A stretch of DNA of 60,680 bases from Coriobacteriia bacterium (GCA_019429145.1 JAHYJI010000004.1:1-60680); one strand, 5' to 3'; counted from the stretch's first letter, positions 1 to 9,499 are shown. Numbers and translations: made by a program. Notes: generated by a model from the letters alone, not told the origin.

Positions 1-378
1 CGTCGTCTCACGGTCAAGCCGGCCAACCGGGAAGAGCCCGGCGGGTTCGCGTGGAACGAGATCGGCAACAGTGGGACGGCCCTGCGGGTCGCTCATCGTC
101 GTAACGTATCCGGCCGGTTTGTTGAGTACGAGGTACGCCGGGGCCGAGCCCGGAGTGACGACACGCCCATCCACCTCGACCACATCGACCCTCGGATCGA
201 CCCTGGAGCCGAGTTCGGAGACGACCTCGCCGTTGACACGCACGCGGCCTGCGGTCATCAGGTCCTCACTCCCCCTTCGCGACGCGACCCCGGCGCGTGC
301 GAGGAAGCGCTGCAAGCGCATCGGGACGATGCGTTCGTCTGAGGCGTGAGGCCCGCTGGTCGGGTCGGAGACGGTCAT
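1..378 (-). CDS. rluB: rRNA pseudouridine synthase (RluB/RsuA family, S4 domain), runs off the left edge
   Basis: Manual translation, not in ORF track: MRLQRFLARAGVASRR...LVLNKPAGYVTTMSD...LFPVGRLDRETT (GRLD catalytic motif). ATG at 378 (alternative 321). Follows scpAB. Confidence 0.9.
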   Translation of the reverse strand, partial: MTVSDPTSGPHASDERIVPMRLQRFLARAGVASRRGSEDLMTAGRVRVNGEVVSELGSRVDPRVDVVEVDGRVVTPGSAPAYLVLNKPAGYVTTMSDPQGRPTVADLVPREPAGLFPVGRLDRETT

Positions 379-380
379 CG

Positions 381-1016
381 CTAGTCGATCCCGGTGACGT
401 CGTCCTCGTCGGGTCCGGCGGCGTCATCCACTCCGAATCCGATGTCCACAGACGGACCACCCAGACGGTCGCGGATCGCAGCCTCGGTCCGCTCGTCCGG
501 CGCGAACTCTTCCAGCGGCGGCAGCTCGTCGAGGCTCTTCAACCCGAACTTCTCGAGGAACGCTTTTGTCGTCGTGTAGATGATGGCGTTTCCCGCCTCG
601 CGGTCACGCCCGGCCTCGCGCACCAAGCCCTTCTCGATGAGCGAGGAGATCACCGCTTCGCTGTTCACGCCGCGCACGGCATTCACGCCGGCCCTGGTCA
701 CCGGCTGGTGGTACGCGATCACCGCCAGCGCTTCCAGCGCCGCCTGGGAGAGGCGGCGCGTGTCCCAGGAGAGGACGAACTGCTCGATCGCGTCGTGATG
801 GGCCGGATGCGTGTAGAGGCGCCATCCTCCCGCTGCCTCCCGGAGCTGAAATCCCCGCTCGTCGCTGCGGTACTCTTCGGCCAGATCGGAGAGAACCCGG
901 GTGATGGTCGACACGTCGGCCTCGAGTATCTTGCCGATGCGCGAGGCCGAGACCGGCTCGTCCGACACGAAGAGCAGTGCCTCGATCGCACCGCGGAGCG
1001 TCACGTCCGCCTGCAT
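381..1016 (-). CDS. scpB: SMC-Scp complex subunit ScpB
   Basis: IEALLFVSDEPVS, LSQAALEALAVIAYHQPVTR, TTKAFLEKFGL motifs; adjacent to scpA. Confidence 0.95.
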   Translation of the reverse strand: MQADVTLRGAIEALLFVSDEPVSASRIGKILEADVSTITRVLSDLAEEYRSDERGFQLREAAGGWRLYTHPAHHDAIEQFVLSWDTRRLSQAALEALAVIAYHQPVTRAGVNAVRGVNSEAVISSLIEKGLVREAGRDREAGNAIIYTTTKAFLEKFGLKSLDELPPLEEFAPDERTEAAIRDRLGGPSVDIGFGVDDAAGPDEDDVTGID

Positions 1017-1017
1017 G

Positions 1018-1767
1018 TCACGAATCCTCCTGAACGTCGGTGGCTGTCACCACGATGTCGTCGAACAGTTCGTCCTGTCGCAGCTGAACCCGTCCCCGCT
1101 TGTAGAGCTCGAGAATGGCGAGGAACGTTACGACGAGGACCTCGGGCGTGGGATCGGCGCCGAGCAGTTCGCTGAAGCGTACCGTACCCGCACGCGCCAG
1201 GGTTCGCGACACGCTCTCGGTGTGTAGCTCCAGGCTGATCGGTGCCGCGGCCACGTGCTCGGCCTGCAGGAGAAAGACCTCGCGCTTGTGAAGAAGGTCG
1301 GCACAGATCACCGCAAGACCGCGCAGAGTGAGGCCCTCGAGATAGTCGGGCATGAGCCCCACGAAGGGCTCTTCCAGGCCTGCCTGACGCGGGTGCATGT
1401 GCGAGACCGACTCCATCCGGGCCGCGAGCTCTGCAGCGACGTTCTTGAACTGCTTGTACGCGAGCAGACGGGTCACGAGGAGTTCGCGTGCCTCCTCGGG
1501 GGAGAGATCGTCGATGTCCTCGCCGATGTACTGCTCTTCTTTGGGAAGCAGGCTCGCCGCCTTGATCTCGAGCAGCGTGGCCGCGACGAGCAGGAAGTCG
1601 CTTGCCACGTCCAGGTCGAGCTCGTGCATGCTCTCGATGTATGCGAGGTACTGGTCCGTGACCTCCGTGATGGAGATCGCGCTCACGTCGACCTTCTGCC
1701 GAGCCACGAGGTGCAGCAGGAGGTCGAACGGTCCCTCGAAGGCATCGATCTTGACCCGGTAGCCCAG
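1018..1767 (-). CDS. scpA: Segregation/condensation protein ScpA (probable CTG start at 1767)
   Basis: Frame extends upstream of the ORF-track start through YRVKIDAFEGPFDLLLHL; C-terminal VVTFLAILEL motif. Confidence 0.92.
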   Translation of the reverse strand: MGYRVKIDAFEGPFDLLLHLVARQKVDVSAISITEVTDQYLAYIESMHELDLDVASDFLLVAATLLEIKAASLLPKEEQYIGEDIDDLSPEEARELLVTRLLAYKQFKNVAAELAARMESVSHMHPRQAGLEEPFVGLMPDYLEGLTLRGLAVICADLLHKREVFLLQAEHVAAAPISLELHTESVSRTLARAGTVRFSELLGADPTPEVLVVTFLAILELYKRGRVQLRQDELFDDIVVTATDVQEDS

Positions 1768-1779
1768 CGGGGACGCCCC

Positions 1780-2781
1780 CTACCCGTTGCTGTCGATGCG
1801 CACGAGGCGCCGACAGGTCTCGAGGACCTCCGAGGTCACCGGGCGTGCTTTGGCGGCCCCGGCCTCGAGGATCTCCCACGCGAAGCCCGGCCGTGCGGCC
1901 AGCTCTTCCCGCCGTGCACGAAACTCAGCAAGGTAACCGACGAGGTCTTCGGCCATCCGCTTCTTGTGCGCCACACACCCGCACTCCGCACTGCGGCAGC
2001 ACCGCTCCCACTCGGCGATGTCGTTCGCGTCAGGGCTCACGAGCTTGTGGATCTGGTGGAGCGGACAGATGTCGGGGTCGCCCGGATCGGTCTTGAGCTT
2101 GCGTGCCGGGTCGGTGATCATCGAGCGCACCTTCGCGGTGATCTCGTCGGGAGAGTCCGAGATGAAGATGGCGTTGCCGTAGGACTTACTCATCTTGCGG
2201 CCGTCGGTGCCGGGAACGCGAGCGCCCTGCCTGGCGATGAGCGCGGCGGGCTCGACGAGAAACTCGCCGTACGCGTTGTTGAAGCGGCGCACGATCTCGC
2301 GCGTCAGCTCGAGGTGCGGGAGCTGGTCCTCGCCAACCGGAACGACGTCGGCGAGCACGATGGTGATGTCGGCCGCCTGCAGCAGCGGGTACATGAAGAA
2401 GCCGAGGTTGCCGAGGTCTTTGTCGGTCACCTGCTCGCGTTGCTCCTTGTAGGAGGGCACGCGCTCGAGCCACGACATCGGGGTGACCATCGAGAAGTAG
2501 AGCGCGAGCTCGGCGACCTCGGGCACGTCGGACTGGCGATAGATGGTGCAGCGCCCGGGATCGAGACCGGCGGCGCACCAGTCGAGCACCATCTCCTCGG
2601 TGAACTCCCGCACGCGCGATGTGTCTGCCCAATCGCTGGTCAGCGCGTGCCAATCGGCGATGAAGTAGAACGCGTCGTACTCGTCCTGCATGGCCAGCAT
2701 GTTCTGGAGGTTGCCGAACCAGTGTCCTAGGTGCAGTTTGCCGGTCGGACGGTAGCCGGTCAGCGCGCGCTTACGTGTCAT
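1780..2781 (-). CDS. trpS: Tryptophan--tRNA ligase
   Basis: TGYRPTGKLHLGHW (HIGH), VPVGEDQLPHLELTR, KMSKS; start trimmed to ATG 2781. Confidence 0.97.
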   Translation of the reverse strand: MTRKRALTGYRPTGKLHLGHWFGNLQNMLAMQDEYDAFYFIADWHALTSDWADTSRVREFTEEMVLDWCAAGLDPGRCTIYRQSDVPEVAELALYFSMVTPMSWLERVPSYKEQREQVTDKDLGNLGFFMYPLLQAADITIVLADVVPVGEDQLPHLELTREIVRRFNNAYGEFLVEPAALIARQGARVPGTDGRKMSKSYGNAIFISDSPDEITAKVRSMITDPARKLKTDPGDPDICPLHQIHKLVSPDANDIAEWERCCRSAECGCVAHKKRMAEDLVGYLAEFRARREELAARPGFAWEILEAGAAKARPVTSEVLETCRRLVRIDSNG

Positions 2782-2852
2782 ACGGCGGGGACTCCTCGAG
2801 AACGTGGGGACGGACGCTGGAAGCGGTTCGTATGATACCGCACCCGGCTCGG

Positions 2853-3482
2853 CTACAACCCCGTGAACAGCTCGAGCAACGGGTAGACCGTGGCGCCGAT
2901 GTACCAGCCGAGAGGATCGATGTTGAGGAACGACGGGAGCAGCCACAGTACCGCAACGATGATGAGAAAGCCGTACCGCTCCACCCCGTGATAGGCCTCC
3001 ATGGCCCGGTCGGACAGGAAGAGTGGCAGCACACGCGATCCGTCCAGTGGCGGGAGCGGTATCAGGTTGAAGAACATCAGCACGAGGTTCATCAGCGCGA
3101 AGAAGAAGAGAAGCTGTCCGAGGAGACCCGCGCCACCCACCACCCGGAAGAGCAGCCCTGACACCGCGGCGAGCACCAGGTTAGACGCGGGACCCGCGAT
3201 ACCGGTGAGGAACATGCCCTTGCGGTAGTCCTTGAAGCGGTACGGATTGATGGGTACGGGCTTCGCGTATCCGAAGCCGAAGCCGAGTACGGCAACCATC
3301 AGGAGCGGCAGAAGGACGGTACCCCACGGGTCGATGTGGCGAATGGGGTTGAGGCTCAGGCGACCCTTGTCCTTGGCCGTTGTGTCGCCGAGCGCGTACG
3401 CGGCCCAGCCGTGCGACACCTCATGTATCACGATCGCGGGTACGAGCAGGCCGAATCGCCATACGATCTGAGTAAGATCCAC
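2853..3482 (-). CDS. Site-2 protease family (M50) membrane metalloprotease
   Basis: HEVSH zinc motif, AGPASN, FNLIPLPPLDG. Confidence 0.93.
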   Translation of the reverse strand: MDLTQIVWRFGLLVPAIVIHEVSHGWAAYALGDTTAKDKGRLSLNPIRHIDPWGTVLLPLLMVAVLGFGFGYAKPVPINPYRFKDYRKGMFLTGIAGPASNLVLAAVSGLLFRVVGGAGLLGQLLFFFALMNLVLMFFNLIPLPPLDGSRVLPLFLSDRAMEAYHGVERYGFLIIVAVLWLLPSFLNIDPLGWYIGATVYPLLELFTGL

Positions 3483-3494
3483 GTGTGCGTTCTC

Positions 3495-6134
3495 CTAGCG
3501 ACCCTGTCGCGGGCTGTGGGCGTCAAGTCCTGCGCGCGAAACGAGTCGGCTGAGATTCGCCATCTCGGCCTCCCGCCCGACCGACTTGCCGTCGAGACGA
3601 GCGTCGAGCGCTTGCGCGAGTATACCGGAGAAAGCAGGCGACGGCGTCAAGCCCATCGCGATGAGGTCCTCCCCGGTGACCGCAGGCTTGATGCGCGAGA
3701 GCACGCTCACGAAACGCCGGACCCGTTCACGTGCCAACGCGTCACCCGCCGCCCAGAGATGCACCAGCGCCTCCTCGGGCACCGGTTCGAGGAGGCGATA
3801 GAGGCGCGAATCCCGCATCTTCCGCCGGTCCTTCAGCCGCTTGCCGAGAAACGCCGACCGCTCCGCGAGCAGGAGTGCGGACTCTGCGTACTCGCGTCCG
3901 AAGCGCATCCTACGCAACCAGCGCTCCCCTGCGTGCCGTCCGCTGTCAGCCGCGAGCGCTGCCACGAGGGATGCGCTCCGGCCCGGCGGGCGCTCGAACG
4001 CGTCTACGAGCGCGCGGTAGGCGCGCTCCGCCCCGAACAGCGCCTCGACCGCACGATGCGCCGGGACACCCTCCGGCAGCAGCACCGAGAGCGCACCGAG
4101 ATCGTCGAGCCGCTCGAAGACCGACGACGGAACGTCCTCGTCGATGATGTCTAGCATCTCCTCGCGTATCCGTGCGCCGCTCACCTCTTCCAGTACGCCC
4201 ATCTCGACTGCCTGGCGTGCAAGTTCCTCGCTCGCGCCGTCCATGCTGAAGTCGAAACGACGCTCGAATCGAGCCGCGCGCAACACGCGGGTGGGATCCT
4301 CGACGAAGGAGAGCGAGTGCAGCACGCGCAGCGTCGCGCGCTCGAGGTCACGGAGGCCGCCGAAGGGATCGGCGATCGCCCCGAAGCACTCGGGGTTCAC
4401 GCATGCGGCCATCGCATTGACGGTGAAGTCCCTGCGAAACAGATCCTGGCGAAGCGACGAACGCTCCACAGTCGGCAGGGCACCGGGGCGCGTGTAATAC
4501 TCGGTTCTGGCGCTCGTGATGTCGAGATGAAGTGTCCTCGAAAGCACGAGGACGGCCGTGCCAAAGCGACGATGGACCTTGACCCGCGCACCGAGCTCGG
4601 ACGCGACGGCCTCGGCAAAGGCGACGCCATCCCCCTCGACGACGACATCTATGTCGAGGTTGCGGCGACCGAGCAGCATGTCGCGTACGAACCCCCCGAC
4701 CGCATGAGCCCGCAGTCCGTGCTCCTCGGCCAGGCGACCTATCTCGTGAAGCGCCTCGTATGCCTCGGCCGGCAGGAGCGAGGTCACCGATGCGAGGAAC
4801 CGTTCCGTCGACTTGGCGCGTGCACGAGGCAGACGACGGTCGAGGTACTCGTCACCGTGCTCGGCAGCGAGGAGGTCTTTGCGCGTGACGATACCGACGA
4901 GCTCGCCGTCCTCGACCACGGGAAGACGTCCGATACCCTTCGTGGCCAGCAGGCTCTCTACCGCGTAGAGATCGGCATCAGGCGGGATACTGACGATCTC
5001 GCGGGCCATGAACCCCTTCACGGGAGCGTGGGAGAGGTTGTGCCGTATCGCCTTGTCCACGTCCTTGCGCGTGACGAGCCCGACGATGTCGTCGCCGTCC
5101 ATGACGGGCAGTCCGCCATGGCCCCACGTCGACATAAGCGTCCCGGCCTGGGCCATGGTGGCATCCGGTCCGATAGTGTGAACCGGTGCAGAGAGGATGT
5201 CCTTTGCTTTGAGAGGTGGTCTCACGACCCCCTCGAGCGCGTCGCGGACACGCTCGAGCGCCGTTTCGATCTCCATCTCGCGAAACGCAGCCGACGCGGC
5301 CTGGGCATGTCCACCCCCACCGAGGCGCTTCATGACCTCGCCGACGTCGACCTCGTGCAGGCGGCTGCGCGCGACGATCTGCAGGCGACCCGGCATCGCG
5401 ACAAGTGCGATCGCGACCCGGTAGCCCATGTCCTCGACGACGTAGTGCGTCAGCACGCTCGCAGAATCCACGTACTCATCGGCGCGGGCTACCCCGACGG
5501 CGATCTGCTGGCCCTGGACGTCCCACACCTCGAGCGAACCGACGAGATCTTCGAGAAGGCGTCGTTGCTCCGGGTCGAGCGCCCGGGTGAGGAACTGGTT
5601 CAAGACCTCCATGTCCGCGCCGGAGCCCATCAGGTAGGCGACCGCTTCGGCGTCGTATGCGGTCGTGCCCGGGTAGGTAAGCGATCCGGTGTCCTCGTGG
5701 ACACCGAGAAGCAGGAGTGAGGCCTCCAACGGTGTCAGAGCGATGCCCTGACGGTGAATCTCGTGCACGAGGATGGAGGTCGTGGCACCTACCTCAAGAG
5801 AACGGTCGTCGACGTCGGTGAGATCACCTTCAGCGGGAGGGTGATGGTCGTACACGATGATCTCGACAGCGGGGCGCAGGGCGACCTCACCGAGCTCCCC
5901 GATGCGCCCGGCGTCGCGGGTGTCCACCATGATCAGACGGGTCACTGCGTCCAGATCGATGCCGCGCAGATCACTGAAGTCCAGGAAGTCCTCGTGCAGG
6001 TTGTGAAACGCACGCACGTTGGCGTTCTGGGTCCCGAGGAAGACGCCGCGAGCGCCAGGGAACAGCTTAGTGGCAGCGGCGGTGGCCGCGTATGCGTCGA
6101 AGTCGGGATTGGCGTGTCCTACGATGAGCTCCAC
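3495..6134 (-). CDS. cca: tRNA nucleotidyltransferase (CCA- or A-adding) with N-terminal DHH/DHHA1 and tandem CBS domains
   Basis: DHH motifs (DFD, YDHH, EDTG, GGGH), CBS pair, then VGGFVRD-LLGR-DIDV, RRDFTVNAMA and EDPTRVLRAARF class II NTase motifs. Confidence 0.9.
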   Translation of the reverse strand: MELIVGHANPDFDAYAATAAATKLFPGARGVFLGTQNANVRAFHNLHEDFLDFSDLRGIDLDAVTRLIMVDTRDAGRIGELGEVALRPAVEIIVYDHHPPAEGDLTDVDDRSLEVGATTSILVHEIHRQGIALTPLEASLLLLGVHEDTGSLTYPGTTAYDAEAVAYLMGSGADMEVLNQFLTRALDPEQRRLLEDLVGSLEVWDVQGQQIAVGVARADEYVDSASVLTHYVVEDMGYRVAIALVAMPGRLQIVARSRLHEVDVGEVMKRLGGGGHAQAASAAFREMEIETALERVRDALEGVVRPPLKAKDILSAPVHTIGPDATMAQAGTLMSTWGHGGLPVMDGDDIVGLVTRKDVDKAIRHNLSHAPVKGFMAREIVSIPPDADLYAVESLLATKGIGRLPVVEDGELVGIVTRKDLLAAEHGDEYLDRRLPRARAKSTERFLASVTSLLPAEAYEALHEIGRLAEEHGLRAHAVGGFVRDMLLGRRNLDIDVVVEGDGVAFAEAVASELGARVKVHRRFGTAVLVLSRTLHLDITSARTEYYTRPGALPTVERSSLRQDLFRRDFTVNAMAACVNPECFGAIADPFGGLRDLERATLRVLHSLSFVEDPTRVLRAARFERRFDFSMDGASEELARQAVEMGVLEEVSGARIREEMLDIIDEDVPSSVFERLDDLGALSVLLPEGVPAHRAVEALFGAERAYRALVDAFERPPGRSASLVAALAADSGRHAGERWLRRMRFGREYAESALLLAERSAFLGKRLKDRRKMRDSRLYRLLEPVPEEALVHLWAAGDALARERVRRFVSVLSRIKPAVTGEDLIAMGLTPSPAFSGILAQALDARLDGKSVGREAEMANLSRLVSRAGLDAHSPRQGR

Positions 6135-6139
6135 GCCCG

Positions 6140-7441
6140 CTACACCTCGTGGAAGAGCGGGGGCGGCTCCACCCGATCCGCACCCGTCCTGATCGAGGCC
6201 CTCAGACGTGCTTCCGCCGCATCCAGCTGGGCTTCGCTCGCAGCGTGGAGAGTCGCAAGGGTGTCGTCCGAGGCGACTGCCGTGCCCACGCGTACGTGCA
6301 GCTGCAGTCCCGCTCCCGGGTCGATGACGTCGTCTGTGGTGGCACGGCCGGCGCCCAACATCATCGCCGCCCTGCCGATCCCTTCAGCATCCATACCCGT
6401 GACGAACCCATCGTCGTTCACGTGACGCACCTCGCGCGTACGCGCGGAGCGGGGCAGCCGTGAGAGATCCGAGGCAACACGGGGATCGCCCCCTTGCGCC
6501 TCTACCCAACGCTCGAACATCCCGATCGCCGCACCGGACGCCAGCACCTCCTCGGCCTGTCGTCGAGCGTGAGCGTAGTCGGTGGCCACACCGCCGAGTA
6601 CGAGCATCTTCCCCGCGAGATCCAGGCACAGCTCGGTTAGTTCGGGCGGCCCCTCACCGCGTAGCGTCTCGATCGCCTCGGCGACCTCCAGCGCATTCCC
6701 GACAGCCATGCCGAGGGGCTGGTCCATGTCGCTCATGACACAGTGGACGTCCCTGCCGAGCGCGACGCCCACGCGCGTCAACTCGGCCGCAAGATGGCGC
6801 GCCTCGGCCTCGGTCTTCATGAACGCTCCGGAACCGACCTTGACGTCGAGCAGGATGGCGTCTGCGCCGCCCGCGACCTTCTTGCTGATGATCGATCCCA
6901 CGATGAGCGGAACGCTGGGTACGGTTGCCGTCACGTCCCGTAGCGCATACATCTTCTTGTCGGCCGGGTCGATGTCCGGCGACTGGGCGATGACCGCAAC
7001 GCCCACACGCGCCACCTGCTCGAGGAACTCCTCCGGGGCAAGCTCGATCCGCATCCCCGGGATCGACTCGAGCTTGTCCAGCGTCCCCCCCGTGTGGCCG
7101 AGTCCCCGCCCGCTCATCTTCGCTATCGGCACTCCGCATGCCGCCACAAGCGGCGCGAGGACGAGCGTAGTGGTGTCTGCGACGCCACCGGTGGAGTGTT
7201 TGTCCACCTTGATGCCCGGGATCGAAGAAAGATCGACGACCCGTCCCGAGCGCACCATCGCATCGGTGAGCCACACGGTCTCATCCGGGGACAGCCCGTT
7301 GAGGTAGACGGCCATGAGCCACGCAGACATCTGGTACTCCGGGACCTCGCCGGACGCATATCCCAGCACGATCCGATCGATCTGGGAGCGCGTGTGTTCC
7401 GAGCCGTCCCGCTTGATCTCTATGAGCTCCTCGAAGGTCAT
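6140..7441 (-). CDS. pdp: Pyrimidine-nucleoside/thymidine phosphorylase
   Basis: DKHSTGGV, KMSGRGLGHTGGTLDKLESIPG, SIISKK; start trimmed to ATG 7441. Confidence 0.96.
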   Translation of the reverse strand: MTFEELIEIKRDGSEHTRSQIDRIVLGYASGEVPEYQMSAWLMAVYLNGLSPDETVWLTDAMVRSGRVVDLSSIPGIKVDKHSTGGVADTTTLVLAPLVAACGVPIAKMSGRGLGHTGGTLDKLESIPGMRIELAPEEFLEQVARVGVAVIAQSPDIDPADKKMYALRDVTATVPSVPLIVGSIISKKVAGGADAILLDVKVGSGAFMKTEAEARHLAAELTRVGVALGRDVHCVMSDMDQPLGMAVGNALEVAEAIETLRGEGPPELTELCLDLAGKMLVLGGVATDYAHARRQAEEVLASGAAIGMFERWVEAQGGDPRVASDLSRLPRSARTREVRHVNDDGFVTGMDAEGIGRAAMMLGAGRATTDDVIDPGAGLQLHVRVGTAVASDDTLATLHAASEAQLDAAEARLRASIRTGADRVEPPPLFHEV

Positions 7442-8628
7442 GGGTGTTGCACCTCCGCCAGGAAGGACGTACCGCGCCCGCATCGACCCGGGATACCGTA
7501 GAAGTCCAACACGGTCTCCCCGATGTCGGAGAAGGTGGCTCTCGTACCGAGGGACACCCCGGCATCGACACCCTTGATCTTGGCGATGAGCGGCGTGTAC
7601 TCCCTGCTGTGGTCCGTCGACGGCATGGTCGGGTCGCACCCGTGATCCGCGGTGATGACGAGAAGGTCACCCTCGATCATGGCGTCCAGCAGCTCGGGCA
7701 TTCGCGCATCGACCTCCTCGAGACCGCGTGCATATCCCTCCGGGTCGTTGCGATGGCCCCAGATCATGTCGAAGTCGACCAGATTCGCGAAGACGAAGCC
7801 TGGGATGTCGCTGCGAACGCGGCTAAGCAGATTGTCGAAACCGTGCATGTTGTTCTCCGAGTGCGGCGACTCGCACACGCCCTTCCAGGCGAAGATCTCA
7901 CCGATCTTGCCGATGCCGTAGGTGGTCACGCCCACCTCGGCCAGCCGGTCGAGCACGGTAGGCTCGGATGGCGCGAGGGCGAAGTCGCGCCGGCGGTGTG
8001 TCCGCGTGTACACGCCCTCGGCATCCGGACCGATGAACGGTCGGGCGATGATCCGGCCAACGGCGTGCTCGCCGACGCAGACCCTGTCCCTGGCTATCGA
8101 ACACAGCTCGTACAACCGCTCGATCGGGATGACTTCCTCGTGCGCAGCGATCTGAAAGACGCTGTCCGCGCTGGTGTAGACGATCGGTTTGCCGGTACGG
8201 ACGTGCTCGTCCCCGAGCTCCTGGATGATGACCGTTCCGCTCGCGGGATAGTTGCCGAGCCAGCCCACCTGCGCCTCGCGCTCGAACGTGTCCATGACCT
8301 CCGCCGGAAACCCGTCCGGATAGGTGGGAAACGCGCTCGTCAGGTGGAGGCCCATCATCTCCCAGTGACCGGTCGTCGTGTCCTTGCCCGCGCTGGCCTC
8401 GGCATTGCGTCCCCAGGAAGCCACGGGGGTCTCGGTTGATGGCACGCCCAGAATATCGGTGATGTTGCCGAGGCCCATGGCACCGAGGTTGGGCATGGAG
8501 AGCCCCCCTACAACGCGAGCGGTGTTGCCGAGGGTATTGCTGCCTTCGTCACCGTAGTCGCCAGCATCCGGAAGCTCACCTGCGCCCACGCTGTCGAGCA
8601 CGAGCACGATCGCACGTGATTCTCTCAT
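7438..8628 (-). CDS. deoB: Phosphopentomutase
   Basis: LVLDSVGAG, GKDTTTGHWE, FANLVDFD-GHRND, TADHGCDPT, TDHSREY. Confidence 0.97.
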   Translation of the reverse strand: MRESRAIVLVLDSVGAGELPDAGDYGDEGSNTLGNTARVVGGLSMPNLGAMGLGNITDILGVPSTETPVASWGRNAEASAGKDTTTGHWEMMGLHLTSAFPTYPDGFPAEVMDTFEREAQVGWLGNYPASGTVIIQELGDEHVRTGKPIVYTSADSVFQIAAHEEVIPIERLYELCSIARDRVCVGEHAVGRIIARPFIGPDAEGVYTRTHRRRDFALAPSEPTVLDRLAEVGVTTYGIGKIGEIFAWKGVCESPHSENNMHGFDNLLSRVRSDIPGFVFANLVDFDMIWGHRNDPEGYARGLEEVDARMPELLDAMIEGDLLVITADHGCDPTMPSTDHSREYTPLIAKIKGVDAGVSLGTRATFSDIGETVLDFYGIPGRCGRGTSFLAEVQHP

Positions 8629-8722
8629 CGTACCGTCACCATCGCAGCAGCCCCCTTCGCAGGCTTGTCCTCAGTAGGCGGGCATGCCCGCCCCGACGAA
8701 TCATCTCCGGCACTCAGTCAGT

Positions 8723-9010
8723 CTATCCCCGTGCGCGTGCGATACTGAGCGCCCATTCCAGCACGAGCACGACCCCGACGGTGATCGCTGCCTCCACGTC
8801 GAACACTCCTCCGTACGGAGTACGCACGCCCGCCACGCCGGTCGGGATGATGAGGCTGTCTGTGACGGAGACGATCGCACCCCCGGCCGTGGTCATGGCA
8901 AGTGCACCGAAGAACTCGATGACAACGCGAGCCGTGATGAGAACGGCGACGAAGAACAGTACGTTCATGAAGAGTGTGAGGATCGTGTGAGAGCGGCTCG
9001 AGCCTGACAT
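8723..9010 (-). CDS. Small membrane protein, YggT-like
   Basis: Hydrophobic helices with a VTDSLIIP...GGVFD pattern resembling YggT; family call from pattern only. Confidence 0.5.
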   Translation of the reverse strand: MSGSSRSHTILTLFMNVLFFVAVLITARVVIEFFGALAMTTAGGAIVSVTDSLIIPTGVAGVRTPYGGVFDVEAAITVGVVLVLEWALSIARARG

Positions 9011-9102
9011 CGCATCCTCCCGGATCGAACGCAAAACGCTACTCCGAGTATGGAGGCTACGAACGTACGACGCCAGCGCCGCTGCGCGAGGAAATCTAGT
9101 GT

Positions 9103-9357
9103 CTAGCGCAGGGAGTCCGAGATGGCGCGTCCGATGATCTTGGCTGCGACCTCGTGAGCCGACGGCGGATGAGCCTTCAGCCGTGCTCTCGCCTCGATGA
9201 CCCGCTCGTCCCGCGTCTCCGGAAGCGCGCGCAGCGTCTCGCTGACGCGCTTGAGAAGCTGCTCGGGGATCTCGCAGGGCGGAGTCTCGTCGTTATCCGT
9301 GTCGTGTGTCAGCAGGTAATCGACAGCGAGTCGGACCTGCTCATCAGAGATAATCAT
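9103..9357 (-). CDS. Small protein resembling an FlgM-type anti-sigma factor
   Basis: 84 aa. C-terminus LPETRDERVIEARARL...SAHEVAAKII resembles the FlgM sigma-binding pattern. SD-like AGAAGG before ATG 9357. Confidence 0.45.
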   Translation of the reverse strand: MIISDEQVRLAVDYLLTHDTDNDETPPCEIPEQLLKRVSETLRALPETRDERVIEARARLKAHPPSAHEVAAKIIGRAISDSLR

Positions 9358-9494
9358 CGTACCTTCTGTATCGGCCAAGACCGTCGACCCCTTGACCACT
9401 TCGGTCGACCCGGAAACGGCTGCACAAAAGGGAGAGCCCCAAGGCCGGCACCTTGAGGCTCAGGGGTAAGGGGTTGCACTTGCATGCAACTCAT
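9354..9494 (-). CDS. Candidate leaderless 46-aa leader peptide (uORF)
   Basis: ATG 5 nt below a TACAAT -10 box; its TGA overlaps the next start codon (ATGA). Confidence 0.3.
   Translation of the reverse strand: MSCMQVQPLTPEPQGAGLGALPFVQPFPGRPKWSRGRRSWPIQKVR
9424..9461 (-). terminator. Intrinsic terminator or attenuator hairpin
   Basis: GAGCCTCAAGG-TGCCGG-CCTTGGGGCTC, 11 bp with one G:U on the minus strand, followed by TCCCTTTTGT. Confidence 0.7.
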
Positions 9495-9499
9495 TACGG

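Noticed and set aside
1018-2781. TrpS-ScpA fusion by amber (pyrrolysine) read-through, since the two frames match
   Set aside because: TAG is a routine stop throughout this window, no pyl genes are visible, and a CTG start with SD explains the layout more simply.
2782-2852. T-box leaders for trpS or glyQS
   Set aside because: The upstream gaps (about 70 and 55 nt) are too short and have no T-box motif. Each holds a candidate -10 box (TATCAT, TAAGAT) instead.
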